Assembly: GCA_965197745.1 (NCBI GenBank)
Contig: CBDANS010000006.1
Span: 1,088,001 to 1,152,000, forward strand
Origin: Opitutales bacterium
GTDB lineage: Bacteria > Verrucomicrobiota > Verrucomicrobiia > Opitutales > PNEW01
Length of the DNA stretch: 64,000 nucleotides
Reading direction: 5' to 3'
In this document: positions 31,460 to 42,956 of the stretch, piece by piece
Numbering within the stretch: position 1 is the first letter of the stretch
Layout: the number at the start of each line of letters is the position of its first letter
Notes under the pieces: generated by a model
The model's input: the letters and a program-made list of their open reading frames with translations, nothing else
Told to the model about the DNA's origin: nothing
Databases searched by the model: none
Made by a program: the position numbers and the translations under genes

Positions 31460-32257
31460 ATGGAAAGAGCCATGATTATCCTCACCCAAGACGAGATTGA
31501 TCAATTCAACGAAGAAGGGTATCTCGTCTACGAAGGTCTGTTTGACGACGACCACAATCAACGTATCAAAAACGATGTTAAACAGCTCATGGAAGATCGG
31601 CAGAATGCAAAAGACGATCCGATTATCATGAGCTATCCGGAATTGGGCCTCTTGACCTCTGAGCCCTCCATTGTAGACCGTGTAACCGACCTAATGAGCG
31701 GTGATAAATTCGTTCACCATCACATTCACGCCACCTGGCATCTGGCCGGTGATAAAGGCGTGCTCTGGCATCACGATTATGAGCAAGTGCCTCAAACCAA
31801 TCGTTCGCACCTAATGGTTCATGTCTTTATGTATATGGATGGATTAAATGGCGAAGTCGGGGACCTGCTCGTGCTGCCTGGAACCCATAAAAAAGTTATG
31901 AATAAAGATGCATTCGCCCCGTTTAAAAATGCAGATCTGCCCGGCTCACGCACGATCGACGACCTTGCGCCCGCGTCCATCGTCATTGTTCATTCAGCGA
32001 TGCAACATGCGCGCCGCCCCAAACCCGGGGGTGAAAAATTCAAACGCTACTTCATCGACACATCCTATTGCCAGGATGGTATAATCTGGCCGGCTAATCC
32101 TCGCAACCAGAAATTCAACAACCTGGCTCTGGAGCTCGGTTGGGATCGCGATGGTAAATATGCATTTCTCTATGAAGAAGGCCATTTTTTTCACGACCCC
32201 GAGTCCTATGCAGGATTTGAAGAAAAAAACCAAGGCAGTCTGGCCATGCTACTATAA
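31460..32257 (+). CDS. PhyH-family dioxygenase
   Basis: FNEEGYL, WHHD, VLPGTH, MQHARR. Confidence 0.88.
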   Translation: MERAMIILTQDEIDQFNEEGYLVYEGLFDDDHNQRIKNDVKQLMEDRQNAKDDPIIMSYPELGLLTSEPSIVDRVTDLMSGDKFVHHHIHATWHLAGDKGVLWHHDYEQVPQTNRSHLMVHVFMYMDGLNGEVGDLLVLPGTHKKVMNKDAFAPFKNADLPGSRTIDDLAPASIVIVHSAMQHARRPKPGGEKFKRYFIDTSYCQDGIIWPANPRNQKFNNLALELGWDRDGKYAFLYEEGHFFHDPESYAGFEEKNQGSLAMLL

Positions 32258-32306
32258 GTGTTAACAACGAAACTTTTGACTTTAACTAACTTTCAAGGAG
32301 CGAAGA

Positions 32307-33095
32307 ATGATCGACACCCTGACAGAAAATCAATGGTGTGAATATGAAACGCAGGGATATTCGCGCCTCGGGAAGGTGCTGACGGATGAAGCGTTAGGCA
32401 CACTGCAAAGGCAGATGAACGAGATTATGATGGGCCGCGCGCCGCTGGACTATGACCGGATGCTCATGCAGCTGGATCAACCGGGCACGGGCAAACTCGG
32501 CCCTCAAACAAAGGGACACAAGGGCGCAACTTTAAGCTACCGCAAGATACAGGACCTGGAATATGATCCACACTTCCTGGGGTATATGCAAAGACCGCTC
32601 TTCCGCCATATCTGCGCGCGTGTATACGGGAAGGATACCGACATTGCCTGTTTTCGGGCGATGTTCATGAACAAACCCGCAAAAGAGGGGACTCACCTGC
32701 ATTGGCACCAGGATCGCTGGAGCTACCTGGACCGGGATCCGCTCGTTACAATCTGGACCGCCCTGGATCCGTCAACAATTGAAAACGGCTGCTTACAGAT
32801 TGTGTCCGGAGCGCACAATCAAATATTAAACCCAATCAAACCGGACCGCCATTTGTCAGGGGAACAGTTACAGGATTTCCTGCAAGACGTTGAGGTCACA
32901 CCCTTGGAAATGGAAGCCGGTGAATGCATCCTGCTTCACAATTACCTGCCCCACTCCTCTGGGATCAACAATACAGAGACTCCCCGGCGCGCTTTCAGTG
33001 CCTGTTACATGGAGGCGGCTACCCGAACAACCAAGGATGAGACCCACGCAGTCTTATTTGGTGACGGCGCCTTAACCTTAGAAAATAGTTTCTAA
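32307..33095 (+). CDS. PhyH-family dioxygenase
   Basis: WHQD, TIENGCL, PHSSG.N...PRRA. Confidence 0.92.
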   Translation: MIDTLTENQWCEYETQGYSRLGKVLTDEALGTLQRQMNEIMMGRAPLDYDRMLMQLDQPGTGKLGPQTKGHKGATLSYRKIQDLEYDPHFLGYMQRPLFRHICARVYGKDTDIACFRAMFMNKPAKEGTHLHWHQDRWSYLDRDPLVTIWTALDPSTIENGCLQIVSGAHNQILNPIKPDRHLSGEQLQDFLQDVEVTPLEMEAGECILLHNYLPHSSGINNTETPRRAFSACYMEAATRTTKDETHAVLFGDGALTLENSF

Positions 33096-33135
33096 TAATA
33101 CCTGGTTAAAAGAGAAAAGCGTAATAGAGCAGGGG

Positions 33136-33945
33136 TTAAAGTTTCGCCCCAAGTTCAACGAGATTTTTTACCATACCGCGAATGCGCGGCCGTTCATTAT
33201 TGAGAAAATTCTCATGGGGTCGAAATACATTACTGATAGAATAGGAAACAGATGCGGTATGATTAAGCGCATTAAGGTCACGATCGGTCGTTGGTTTAGC
33301 CGCAAACTTAAAGGCGATGACGCGGCGCCCATCCCATCCTCCGTAGACGCTGTGAAATAGGCTGTGATTAAATAAAACGACGTCACCAGGTTCTGACTCC
33401 AAAGGGTAGCAGGGAAGATCTTCACCCGGCGCTCCAAACGGCATCGATTGAGGATCGGCTTCCTGCGCTCCCAGTTCCTGGTGGAATGGCATCCGGTGTG
33501 AACCGGGTATAATTCGCAGGCAACCGGTATCTTTCGTCACCGGGTCGAGATAAAGCATTATTTTCAAGCGGCGATAAGTGACATCTTCCTGTTCCTCCTC
33601 TCGCCAGCATTTACGGTCCGAATGCCAACCCTGGAAGGCCCTTTTGGTGACATTCCCTTCAGACCCGACCCAGATAAATTCGGGTCCCAGCAATTGTTCG
33701 ACCGATTTAAAAATTCGGTCGTCATCGATCAGTTCAGTCAATACTGGACTCGTCTCCGCGAAAAAACTTATATGTATTCCCTGCTCACCGACATCTTCAC
33801 GGCAACGATACTCATCCCACAAATTCTCAGCTGCGAGGGTAATCTTATCCATCTCCTGCGAGGAGAAAGCCTGGCGCAAAAAAATAAAACCAAAGGTTTC
33901 AAAGTGTGCTATTTGTTCTGGAGTCAACATATTAATTTCATTCAT
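33136..33945 (-). CDS. PhyH-family dioxygenase (close paralogue C)
   Basis: Highly similar to paralogues A and B. Confidence 0.9.
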   Translation of the reverse strand: MNEINMLTPEQIAHFETFGFIFLRQAFSSQEMDKITLAAENLWDEYRCREDVGEQGIHISFFAETSPVLTELIDDDRIFKSVEQLLGPEFIWVGSEGNVTKRAFQGWHSDRKCWREEEQEDVTYRRLKIMLYLDPVTKDTGCLRIIPGSHRMPFHQELGAQEADPQSMPFGAPGEDLPCYPLESEPGDVVLFNHSLFHSVYGGWDGRRVIAFKFAAKPTTDRDLNALNHTASVSYSISNVFRPHENFLNNERPRIRGMVKNLVELGAKL

Positions 33946-33951
33946 ATCTCT

Positions 33952-33980
33952 ATTATATATGAAAATAACAAAGCACTCAA
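33952..33980 (-). promoter_or_regulatory. Sigma70-type promoter TTGAGT-N17-TATAAT
   Basis: Perfect -10 with a 17-nt spacer; the homologous sequence upstream of paralogue B reads TTGAGT-N17-TAAGCT (~31195-31223). Confidence 0.65.
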
Positions 33981-34185
33981 TAGTTATCTCATCCGCATTG
34001 ACCGTGGCACACCGTTGAGCTTCAGGAACTGTTGAATGAAAGATGTCGCGATCTATACAACAATTGGTCGGAACAGGTTCTACATAGTTTTACGATGAAA
34101 ATTACATGGCTTAATACTTAAAATTTATACATTTCACTCGATAGAGAAAAAACACATTTAATGCGATACTTGTAGCAATCAAAAA

Positions 34186-34656
34186 ATGAAAACTTCCCAT
34201 AAATTCAGGTTACACGGTTTTACACCAGTCAGTATGGTGATTGTCGTTTCCACACTCGCTCTTTTGACATCGGTAGCGCTACCCGCAATTAACTATAAGG
34301 GGATAAATTTAAAATCGCAAAATGCGCGACTTTTGAAAGATTACCGCACCCATGAAGAAGCTTTTATTCGTTACGCTTTGGAGAACGATAACTACGCCTC
34401 TGACCGTGGATCAGTTTCCATGCATTCCGGGATGCGTGAATATTTGCCACCGACCTGGGTTAACTCACACGCAGGCGGTCAATGGACCTGGGATTACACT
34501 GTCAGGGGCATCACTGCAGGAATAAGTCTTAACAATGCGAATGTTGAGACCCAGCAAATGATGTTACTTGACGCAAAATTTGATGACGGCGACCTTGCCA
34601 CGGGGTCTTTCCGAAAGACTAATATAAACTGTTACACGCTTGTCATCGAGGAATAG
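34186..34656 (+). CDS. Type IV pilin/pseudopilin-like protein with a degenerate prepilin motif
   Basis: Basic leader, G|FTPVS, hydrophobic helix ending ALPAI, and C-terminal LDAKFDDGDLATG. Confidence 0.7.
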   Translation: MKTSHKFRLHGFTPVSMVIVVSTLALLTSVALPAINYKGINLKSQNARLLKDYRTHEEAFIRYALENDNYASDRGSVSMHSGMREYLPPTWVNSHAGGQWTWDYTVRGITAGISLNNANVETQQMMLLDAKFDDGDLATGSFRKTNINCYTLVIEE

Positions 34657-34724
34657 TTCGACGCCGTCATGGGTTATGCTTGATTACTCTTGACCCATAG
34701 CGTACCCCTCTTTGCAGGAAAAGA

Positions 34725-35396
34725 ATGATTGATGGACAGACAAATGAACCGGGCCAAATCATCGTCCTGAATGGCGTGCCGCGGTCGGGTAAATCAAGTA
34801 TTGCCGCAGTAATCATGGAAAAGTTTGAAAGCCCATGGTTGAACCTGGGAGTCGATAATTTCAAAAATCACATTACCTCCAAGCGGTACAGTCCCGGGAT
34901 AGGCCTCAGGCCCGGCGGCGAGCGTCCGGATCTTGAGCCATGGGTTGTTTTGTTTTTCGCCAGCATTTATGAATCCATTGCCGCCCATAGCCGGTTGGGT
35001 TTAAATGTAGTGGCCGATGTGGGCCACCACGACTCATACTCTGTACCCAGGAAAATTCTCTTTGATTGTGCGCACCGTCTGGAGGGTTTGCCCGCCTTGT
35101 TCGTGGGCGTTCGCTGCCCTGTCGATATCGTATGGGAACGTCGTCGAAACACGTGGCTTAAAGGAAAAGGAATTCCGCAGGACGCTCCACCGCCAGATAT
35201 TCTTCAACTATGGGAGCGTGAAGTTCACACTCCGGGTATCTATGATCTCGAAGTGGACACCGCGACATTGAATCCGGATGAATGTGCGGAAGAAATTCGC
35301 AAGTATCTCAAAAACGGACCGACCCCCACCGCTTTCCCGCGACTCGCAAACACGCATTCAGTTGATGTTGAAAAAGAGAATCCGATACCTGATTAG
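34725..35396 (+). CDS. Chloramphenicol phosphotransferase-like kinase
   Basis: IIVLNGVPRSGKSS P-loop, VGVRCP and YDLEVDT motifs. Confidence 0.85.
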   Translation: MIDGQTNEPGQIIVLNGVPRSGKSSIAAVIMEKFESPWLNLGVDNFKNHITSKRYSPGIGLRPGGERPDLEPWVVLFFASIYESIAAHSRLGLNVVADVGHHDSYSVPRKILFDCAHRLEGLPALFVGVRCPVDIVWERRRNTWLKGKGIPQDAPPPDILQLWEREVHTPGIYDLEVDTATLNPDECAEEIRKYLKNGPTPTAFPRLANTHSVDVEKENPIPD

Positions 35397-35461
35397 TAAA
35401 AGGGGCGCCAGAACAAGTGCGTTCCACCTGATGATTAAGACCAGTCACGCGATTTTGCGCA

Positions 35462-38400
35462 TCACCGTAGTCCTCCTTCCATCCGTATTCGGGGGTCGAG
35501 CCACATGAGGAGGAGATCGCTGACGAGGGTTCCGAGGACGCCGACGAGACTGAGGACCATGAGCATCGATCCGGCTAAGTACATATCCTGGGTCAAGAGA
35601 GCTTCGAGCATCAGGGGGCCGATGGTGGGCAGGCTTAAGACCATGGCGACGATCGCACCACCGGAAACGAGTTGGGGGAACAGGGTGCCGATCCCGGAGA
35701 TAAAAGGATTGAGCGCGATGCGCACGGGATATTTCACCAGCAGTTTAATCGGTCTTACCCCTTTAGCCATCGCGGTAACGACATAGGGTTTTTTCAATTC
35801 ATCGAGCAGGTTGCCGCGCATTATTCGGATCATGCTCGCGGTGCCGGTTACCCCGAGAACGATGACCGGGCCCCATATATGTTTCATGAGGTCGGCGACT
35901 TTACCCCAGGACCATTCGGGTCGCCCGGCGTATTCAGGGGAAAATAAACCGGTCATACTTATGCCGAAATAAATATTGCCCCAGTACATAAAGAGCAAGG
36001 CAAGAAGAAAGCTGGGGACGCACATCCCGATAAAGCCGAGTAGAGAGAAAAAGTAATCGCCGATCGAGTACTGACGCACAGCAGAGTAGACACCGATAGG
36101 TAGAGCGACCGCCCAGGTAAAGAGAATAGACCCCAAGGATATTAAAAAGGTGAGGAGGATGCGATCACCTACAACATTGTTTACCGGCGTTCGGCTATGC
36201 ATGGAAAAACCCAGGTGACCTTGGATCAGGCCCTGGTCTTCAGACTTAAAGGAGAGAAACCAGGGAAGACCAAGCCATTGAATATACTGAGTCATTAACG
36301 GTTCATGAAGAGGAAAAATCTCGCGTAATTGTTCAGCTTAAATTTTCGCCTTGTAATCGTTCGATAACTCCGCTTGTAAAATTTTCAAATCGATATAATT
36401 TGATGGGGGCAGCTGTATAATAGTAAAAGAGATAATCGAAATAATAAATAATGTAGGCACCATAATGAGGAAGCGTCTTCCTACATAGGGATGTTTTATT
36501 CCTGCGAGAATGACTCCAACCCCAACAATTCCCAATATAAGATGGCGGATGATGCGGCTGAGAGAATTTCCACTTCTCGTTTCAAAAGTGACATCGTCGA
36601 GGGCACTGGGCTGGGGCGTGATCTCGGTGATTTCCCGTTTTATTTTAGCTATCGCTCCCGGTGAATCTTTTGGTTCATCAAAATAGTAAGCTTCAAAACC
36701 GCCACTGGAAATACTCTTATACATAGATCCGTAAAGCACGTTGCGCGGTACGTTTTTAAAGCCCTTCTTCACGATCGCCACCCAGGGTTGGCCCTGTGTG
36801 ATATTAATATTCCATAAATTATCCACGGCGATATCCTGAATTTCACGATAAATGTCGGTCTGCTCTTTGAGCGTCAGTGCGGTAAAAGCGGCATCGAGCA
36901 GTTCCATCGATCGCCGCAGAGGATGATCGATGGGGGGCTCAAAACTACCAGGGATATTTGCCTCAGGATTTCCGTATAAGCCACCGTTTCGATACCAATT
37001 TGAAAATCCTTCAGCCGCGACATGCCCGGGCGCATAACGTGCTGGATGTACCAGGGGGTTAAAATCCCCTTCCATTCCAGCGATAAGAAAATCGTAGACT
37101 CTAGCTGAGTTTTCAACGGCGTAGAGGCTAAAGGAGCGAAATCTCTCAACGGTGTTAAGGCCGACATTTTTCCAATCTTCCGCGACAAAAGGACCGGGAC
37201 CTTCAGCATAGTTTGGGACTATATCCAAATACCAAACCATGCGGGTGCCATCCTTAAAGGTGCGATAGCCCTCGGAATCACGACCGGTAAGTCCCAGTTC
37301 ATCGAGCAGTTCGTTAGCGCGATCGGGATTGTAATCGATGTAACTGTTCCTGAGTTTTTCATGGTAAAAGGGTGATTCCATTCCCGGCGAACTTTGAGCA
37401 GGCACACCGACACCGAAGTAGACCGCATCGATTATTTGCTGTCGATTGATGACAAGCGATAACGCCTGACGAAATCGTTTATCGTTGAGCAATGCCGATT
37501 TATTTTGGGACATTGGGGCCTTGGGAGTAATAAGTTTGTTTAGATTCGGATAGAGGCCCCATGAAGTAATACCGGATTCATACCAATGATGGACCTCATA
37601 TCCCCCCACATCGCGTTGAGACATAAATAAGGTGTAATGAATAAAATAGATATTAAAGGATTGCATCGTAATGGCACCATTTGATGCGGCGATCGGAACC
37701 AACTTTCCTGTTTTAACATCGATCATAAAGCGGTCGACATAGGGAAGTTGATTGCCCTCGGTATCGACGGCCCAATAATAAGGATTGCGGACAAAAGCCT
37801 GGGGAGGATTAGATTTGTAGGTGCGATATATCCAGGGCCTGATGCGGGGATGGTCCGGGTTGTTATTGAGTTTAAGGGTATTATAAAGTCCCTTTCTCGT
37901 GGGTATTTTATAGGTTTTCATCGCGGCCTCGATGAGCGCAGCGTTGCCAAGCTTGGGGTGGTATTTTTCGAGGTAATGACGGGGCGAAAAAATCTCTAAT
38001 TCAAAGGAGGACAAGCGTTCCAGAAATAATCCATGAGAGTGCGGAAAAATAATCTTCACCGTGTAGGGATCTATTTTGAGGATTTTACCTCTTTCTCCTT
38101 TCACTTTCATCGACCGCGGGAATTTAACTAATTCCTGTTTTACCTCATCTTCCCACCAGTAGAGAATATCGTCTGCGGTGAAAGGGTGGCCGTCCGACCA
38201 TTTCATGCCCTTGCGCAGGAAAAAGATCCATTCTCTTTTGTCGGGTGATACTTCCCAATTTTTGGCGATGTGGGGAACAATGGGATAGCCGAGCGGGGAC
38301 CATCGCACAATAGAAGCTCCGGACATCCAATTATCAATGGTATCAGCTGAATGGATACTATTCGTAACCAAATACCAGGTACCGCCGTAATTACCGAGCC

Positions 38401-38744
38401 CGTCTTTGCCTTGAATGACCACCGGTTCAGGTCCCACGCGTTCAGCGACCGGTGGAAGTTTGCCTTCCTCTACCAGTTCAGCGAGGATGGGGTGACTCGC
38501 CTTTTGGAAACCATTGACCGGATTCACCCTCGCTGTAGTCAACTTCATGCTGTACTTTGTAAAGGTCTTCTTCGCTGAAACTGATGTCTCTTAATTTTTC
38601 GGTGGATTCGATAATCTCCGGGCTATAGTAAATAGGTTCGCGCTCCAATTCCGGTTTCATCACTGCACCCCAGAAATAGATTATACCGAAAAAGCAGCAA
38701 CCGGTCAGGAAAAGTAGACCACAATATTTTAATATATTATACAT
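35462..38744 (-). pseudogene. Fused ABC peptide/oligosaccharide substrate-binding protein (family 5) + OppB-type permease, disrupted
   Basis: LPPVAER, LRKGMKWSDGHPFTADD and RNPYYW..D..GNQLPY followed in frame by a permease (RIMRGNLLDELKKPYVVTAMAKG). +1 C at ~38490 and an in-frame TAA at 36338-36340. Confidence 0.85.
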
Positions 38745-38956
38745 CGAAGGGTGTTAGCTAATTGTGGACTGTCGAATAGCGAAGGTCAAAAGGGGAATAG
38801 GTTAAGGCGATAATGTTAATATGCGTATAAGTGGCGCATCTTCCACTGTTCAACTTGGCACGCTATTGCGGAGTGACTGCGGCCGACCATTTATCACCAG
38901 GCTCTACTATCGACTTTTGACGGAGGGGGTTGTTCGTTTCATCGAACTGCCCCCCT

Positions 38957-39739
38957 TCAAGGCGATTCCAGGAAACCAAGCTCCCCCAGCCGGTGAATCC
39001 AGCGCTGACGAAGTGCACTGCCGGCCTTATTTTCCAGCCAATGGGGATGGTAAATCGGATCATTTGGCCGACCAAACGCCGCAGGTGTCTTGATTGAGCG
39101 GGATGCCCGATCACGAGTCGCGGCCTCTTCCGATGGATTCCCGGGGTTATGGTAATAGACAAAGGTGCACATCCTGCGACCTACCGAGCCACCCCAACTC
39201 GCGTGCCAAAGCCGAAGGTCGAAGGCCACCACGTCACCGGGTTCGCTTTCGCAGACGTAACCGGGAACCTCTGGAATGTCCAGTCCGCCGCGCTTGATCG
39301 TATTCCCAACTTCCTCGTGTAACGGGTTCTTGTGTGAACCAGTTATGACACGCAGAGCCCCTGTCTGCGCACCGACAGGATCTAAATAGTAGGCATATTT
39401 GATTCCGTAGCAGTCTTTTTTGGGATCGGGGTGCCAGGAAGTGTGGCCCACGTAGCGGTTAGCATCAGCGGCCATGCCGATTACATCTTCGCCGTAGAGT
39501 TGCTGGGCCGGTCCATTAAAGCGGGAATCCTCAAGCAGACCGGCCATAACCGGCGTATCCGGCCCCAACGTTTTTGTCCAGTGGCGCTTACTGCCGTCAA
39601 AAGGGTCGTGCTTGTAGACGGCATTGAGACTTTTTTCATATTCGACCTCAATGATCGCCAGTTCCTTGGGACTGAATACCTGGCGCAAAACCAGAAAGCC
39701 GAAGGTGTTGAACTGGTCAATCTGTTGATCGGTGAACAT
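38957..39739 (-). CDS. PhyH-family dioxygenase
   Basis: FNTFGF, WHPD, GALRVITGSH, PGDVVAF..LWHAS. Confidence 0.9.
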   Translation of the reverse strand: MFTDQQIDQFNTFGFLVLRQVFSPKELAIIEVEYEKSLNAVYKHDPFDGSKRHWTKTLGPDTPVMAGLLEDSRFNGPAQQLYGEDVIGMAADANRYVGHTSWHPDPKKDCYGIKYAYYLDPVGAQTGALRVITGSHKNPLHEEVGNTIKRGGLDIPEVPGYVCESEPGDVVAFDLRLWHASWGGSVGRRMCTFVYYHNPGNPSEEAATRDRASRSIKTPAAFGRPNDPIYHPHWLENKAGSALRQRWIHRLGELGFLESP

Positions 39740-39757
39740 GAATTTTCCTTCTGGCGT

Positions 39758-40945
39758 TCACACCCGGTAGGTGCTCGAAACAATACTGGTTTGGTCATTA
39801 GCATCTTCATCCCAGTAAACAGTCACCAACTTGTCGTCTTCCAGCAACATGGACACCGGGTATCCGATCCCTCCCGATACGAGGTCATCACGAATAATGA
39901 TTTCATCATCATAGTCCCAGCTCTCACCCTCATTACCGCTGAGGCACGCCCGGATACCGTAGTGTTGCCGGCGGTGTCCATAGACAGAAAGCACGCGTCC
40001 GTCACTGAGCTGAACAAGATGCGTCGGAGAACACCTGTCAGAGTTGACCCGTATGTCGGCAATTTCTCATATGGCAGAGCAGCCGTCCCGACCGTAGTTT
40101 AATCATTGCTGGTTCGACGAAGTAATAATCCGGATGCGCGGCGATCTCGCGGGTCTCGGCCCAGGTGTGACCGCCGTCACGGGATATGCAGGTGAATACG
40201 CGGCTGGGTTCCTTCACGATCTCACCGTCTATGAGCCGGTTTCCCTGCCCGTTCCTGACTTGGAAAGGAGGTTCATCCCATTGCTGGGGAGAGAACATTG
40301 GATCGGCTGCACCCGCGGTAAAGATAAGGGTGTCAGCATCTAATTCAATGACGTTCAATCGGCTGTAAGCGCTGATGAAGGGCGAAGAGTCGATCTGAAC
40401 CGACTCTTCCCAGGTTTCGCCATGATCAAGTGAGCGGTGCACATAAGTTCCGCCATGGGTCACGACCCAGGGATACGGCGGCCGGTGGTACCACCCGTAG
40501 CGGTGGCTCTGGTTTTTTATTCCATCCTCGAGTGGGAAAAACTCCCGTTGGTAGAAGCTCGCCAGGATTTCGCCATTGTCCAAAACGCAGAGAGCCACGT
40601 GCTCGGTCCCGGTCCACCCGAAACCGGGGATTACTCGTGGGGCTTCCCACGTCTTCCCCCGGTCACGCGAGCGCATAATGTAGTTGCGAAACTCAGGGTT
40701 GTCTGGCGGATGGAGATATCTGCGGGGTGAATAGAGGGCCCGATCTCGAGCTCCATGCTCATGTTCCAGGTTACAAGCCAGTTCCCGTTAGCTGCGCAGG
40801 TTATAAACGGACCGCAAACATAACGGAATTTCTCTTTGAACAGGGTTTCGTCGATGCGCTCGGGTTTCATATCTTTCTCGTCATTGTTGTAATAAATAAG
40901 CCAGTCGGGTGAAGCATCAACAAAAATTCTTCGGGGTTTGTTCAT
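39758..40945 (-). pseudogene. BNR/Asp-box (sialidase-like) protein, degraded
   Basis: Asp boxes SRDRGKTW, SLDHGETW, SRDGGHTW and SGNEGESW spread over three ORFs. Frameshift at ~40735, TGA at 40038-40040 and an apparent deletion at ~40022. Confidence 0.8.
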
Positions 40946-41079
40946 CTGAATCTTTCTTGACCGATAACCAGTGCATGACAATCCTACCCGAAACTTGAAC
41001 CGATGGCGCTACGATGACCCTGTGAATGCGCCTGAGAATAAGCGATGAATGCTGACAACAAATTAGAAAGAGATAGATT

Positions 41080-41854
41080 ATGAAGCTTGAGGGAAAAATC
41101 GCGCTCGTCACTGGTGGATCTCATGGGATTGGCCGGGGAATTTCTTTAGCTCTGGCCAGAGAGGGAGCAAAGGTTGTCGTGAACTACTCGACGGACAAAG
41201 AAGCTGCCGAGTGGACGGAGAACAAGATTAGTGAAATGGGCGGGGAAGCCACAGTCGTCAAAGCTGACGTTGGAGAAATAGATCAATGCCGTGAGCTCGT
41301 AAGCAAGTCGAATGAAGCCTTCGGACATGTCGATATACTCGTCAGCAATGCGGGCATCGGTCAGCAGAGTAAGATCGTGGATACACCGGATGAAGAATGG
41401 GACCGTGTGATGAACGTGAATCTGCGCGCCACTTTTGCCCTCGCGCGGGAGCTCATGCCGGGAATGATTGAAAGAGAATACGGCCGCATTGTCACGATCT
41501 CGTCCAATTGTGCCCTGACGGGAATAGCCCAGGGATCTTTTGTTACTTACGCGACGTCCAAGGGCGCTTTGAATACGCTGACAAAGGGTATAGCGCACGA
41601 AGGGGCGCCCTACATCACGTGCAATGCGATATGCCCCGGTGGTACGAACCGGAAGATCGCCGAGGAGCGCGGTGAAGCATGGCCGCCCCCCCCCAGCCTT
41701 TGATGAGAAAAGGTTTCTCGGCATGCGCGTTCCTCTCAATAGAACAGGGACCCCGGAAGATATCGCGGAGACGGTTTTTTTTCTGGTCTCGGATTCAGGA
41801 TGCTTTATTACGGGTCAGGCCATTCATGTCAGCGGCGGTGTCATGATGCCCTGA
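41080..41854 (+). pseudogene. SDR family oxidoreductase, frameshifted in a C9 tract
   Basis: TGGSHGIG, SNAG and YATSK motifs; the C-terminus (PLNRTGTPEDIA..FITGQAIHVSGG) is in another frame after C9 at 41686-41694. Confidence 0.88.
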
Positions 41855-42104
41855 TTTTGAGGATGGGGTCATGGCACCTTTAACCCAAGGTGAGGAGGAC
41901 CTACGCTATGTTCTACCACCAGGCACAAACGCTAACGGAACAGGATCAGCACCTATCCAGGCGTTCTGAGATCTCTGGATAACTTGCAATTATTGTCACT
42001 CTGTTGCATTTTAAACGCACCCTATGACCCAACAGCGCAACAGCGCTAAGCTCTGCGACGACGTTATAGCAGGGGCGCTTTAAAAACATTCAATTGGTAA
42101 AAAT

Positions 42105-42488
42105 ATGAAAAAGACACTCCCCGAATCGATCTCATGCATGAGCCCACAACTTGTGGTGTCCGACATTGAAAAATCCATCCAGTTCTATACCGGGCAGCTT
42201 GGATTCAGCTTGAATTTCCGACACGAAGATTTTTACGCGGGGATCGGTTGTGCAGGCAACTCTATCCACCTGAAAACAGGTGACCCCTTACCGGGAGAAA
42301 GAAAAGCAAAAAGAAAAAATGAAGATTTGGATATATCCTTTGGGGTGACGAACGTAGACGGGTTTTATGAACACATCATGTCCGGTGATGTTGAGGTTAT
42401 TCAACCGCTCCGCATGATGCCATACGGGAAAGAGTTTAATATCATCGACCCGGACGAATACATACTTGGCTTTTTGGAAGTAACTTAA
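42105..42488 (+). CDS. VOC/glyoxalase (bleomycin-resistance-like) protein
   Basis: VSDIEKSIQFY..LGF and MPYGKEF..DPD motifs. Confidence 0.85.
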   Translation: MKKTLPESISCMSPQLVVSDIEKSIQFYTGQLGFSLNFRHEDFYAGIGCAGNSIHLKTGDPLPGERKAKRKNEDLDISFGVTNVDGFYEHIMSGDVEVIQPLRMMPYGKEFNIIDPDEYILGFLEVT

Positions 42489-42624
42489 TAGAGGTCAAAA
42501 GAGTCAAACGCTGCTCTGTTTTGGAACATAACACCCGGCAATGAGAGGACCTATCGGGTTAGGGGGATGCTCTTACATATCTCTTGAACTATATAACTTT
42601 TAGATTACTATTTAATATCCGGTT

Positions 42625-42954
42625 ATGCTTCAATCTATTGAAATCATCCTAAATGAAACATACGACCACGACCCCCTTGTGCGGTCGCGGGCGACTCGTG
42701 ATTTATGTCCCTGTGAGATCAAAAGAGATGTGGTCACGGTTTGGAATCGGATATTCGAGCTGACGAGGGATCCTGATCTTAATGTACGCCGCATGGCGTT
42801 TCATACGATGATAGATGGTTCACCAGGAAAATACGAAACCCGGATTATCTCCGCGCTCGAAGATATGCACAATGATCCCGACATGAAGCTGAGACGAAGC
42901 GTGCGAAAACGCCTGGCCAGATACCGCGCTACGGGGAAAATTAATTTTAATTAA
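42625..42954 (+). CDS. Small HEAT-repeat-like protein
   Basis: Repeated DP..VR motifs. Confidence 0.6.
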   Translation: MLQSIEIILNETYDHDPLVRSRATRDLCPCEIKRDVVTVWNRIFELTRDPDLNVRRMAFHTMIDGSPGKYETRIISALEDMHNDPDMKLRRSVRKRLARYRATGKINFN

Positions 42955-42956
42955 GG

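Noticed and set aside
38855..38870. Sigma54 promoter TTGGCACGCTATTGCG
   Set aside because: GG-to-GC spacing is 9 nt rather than the required 10.
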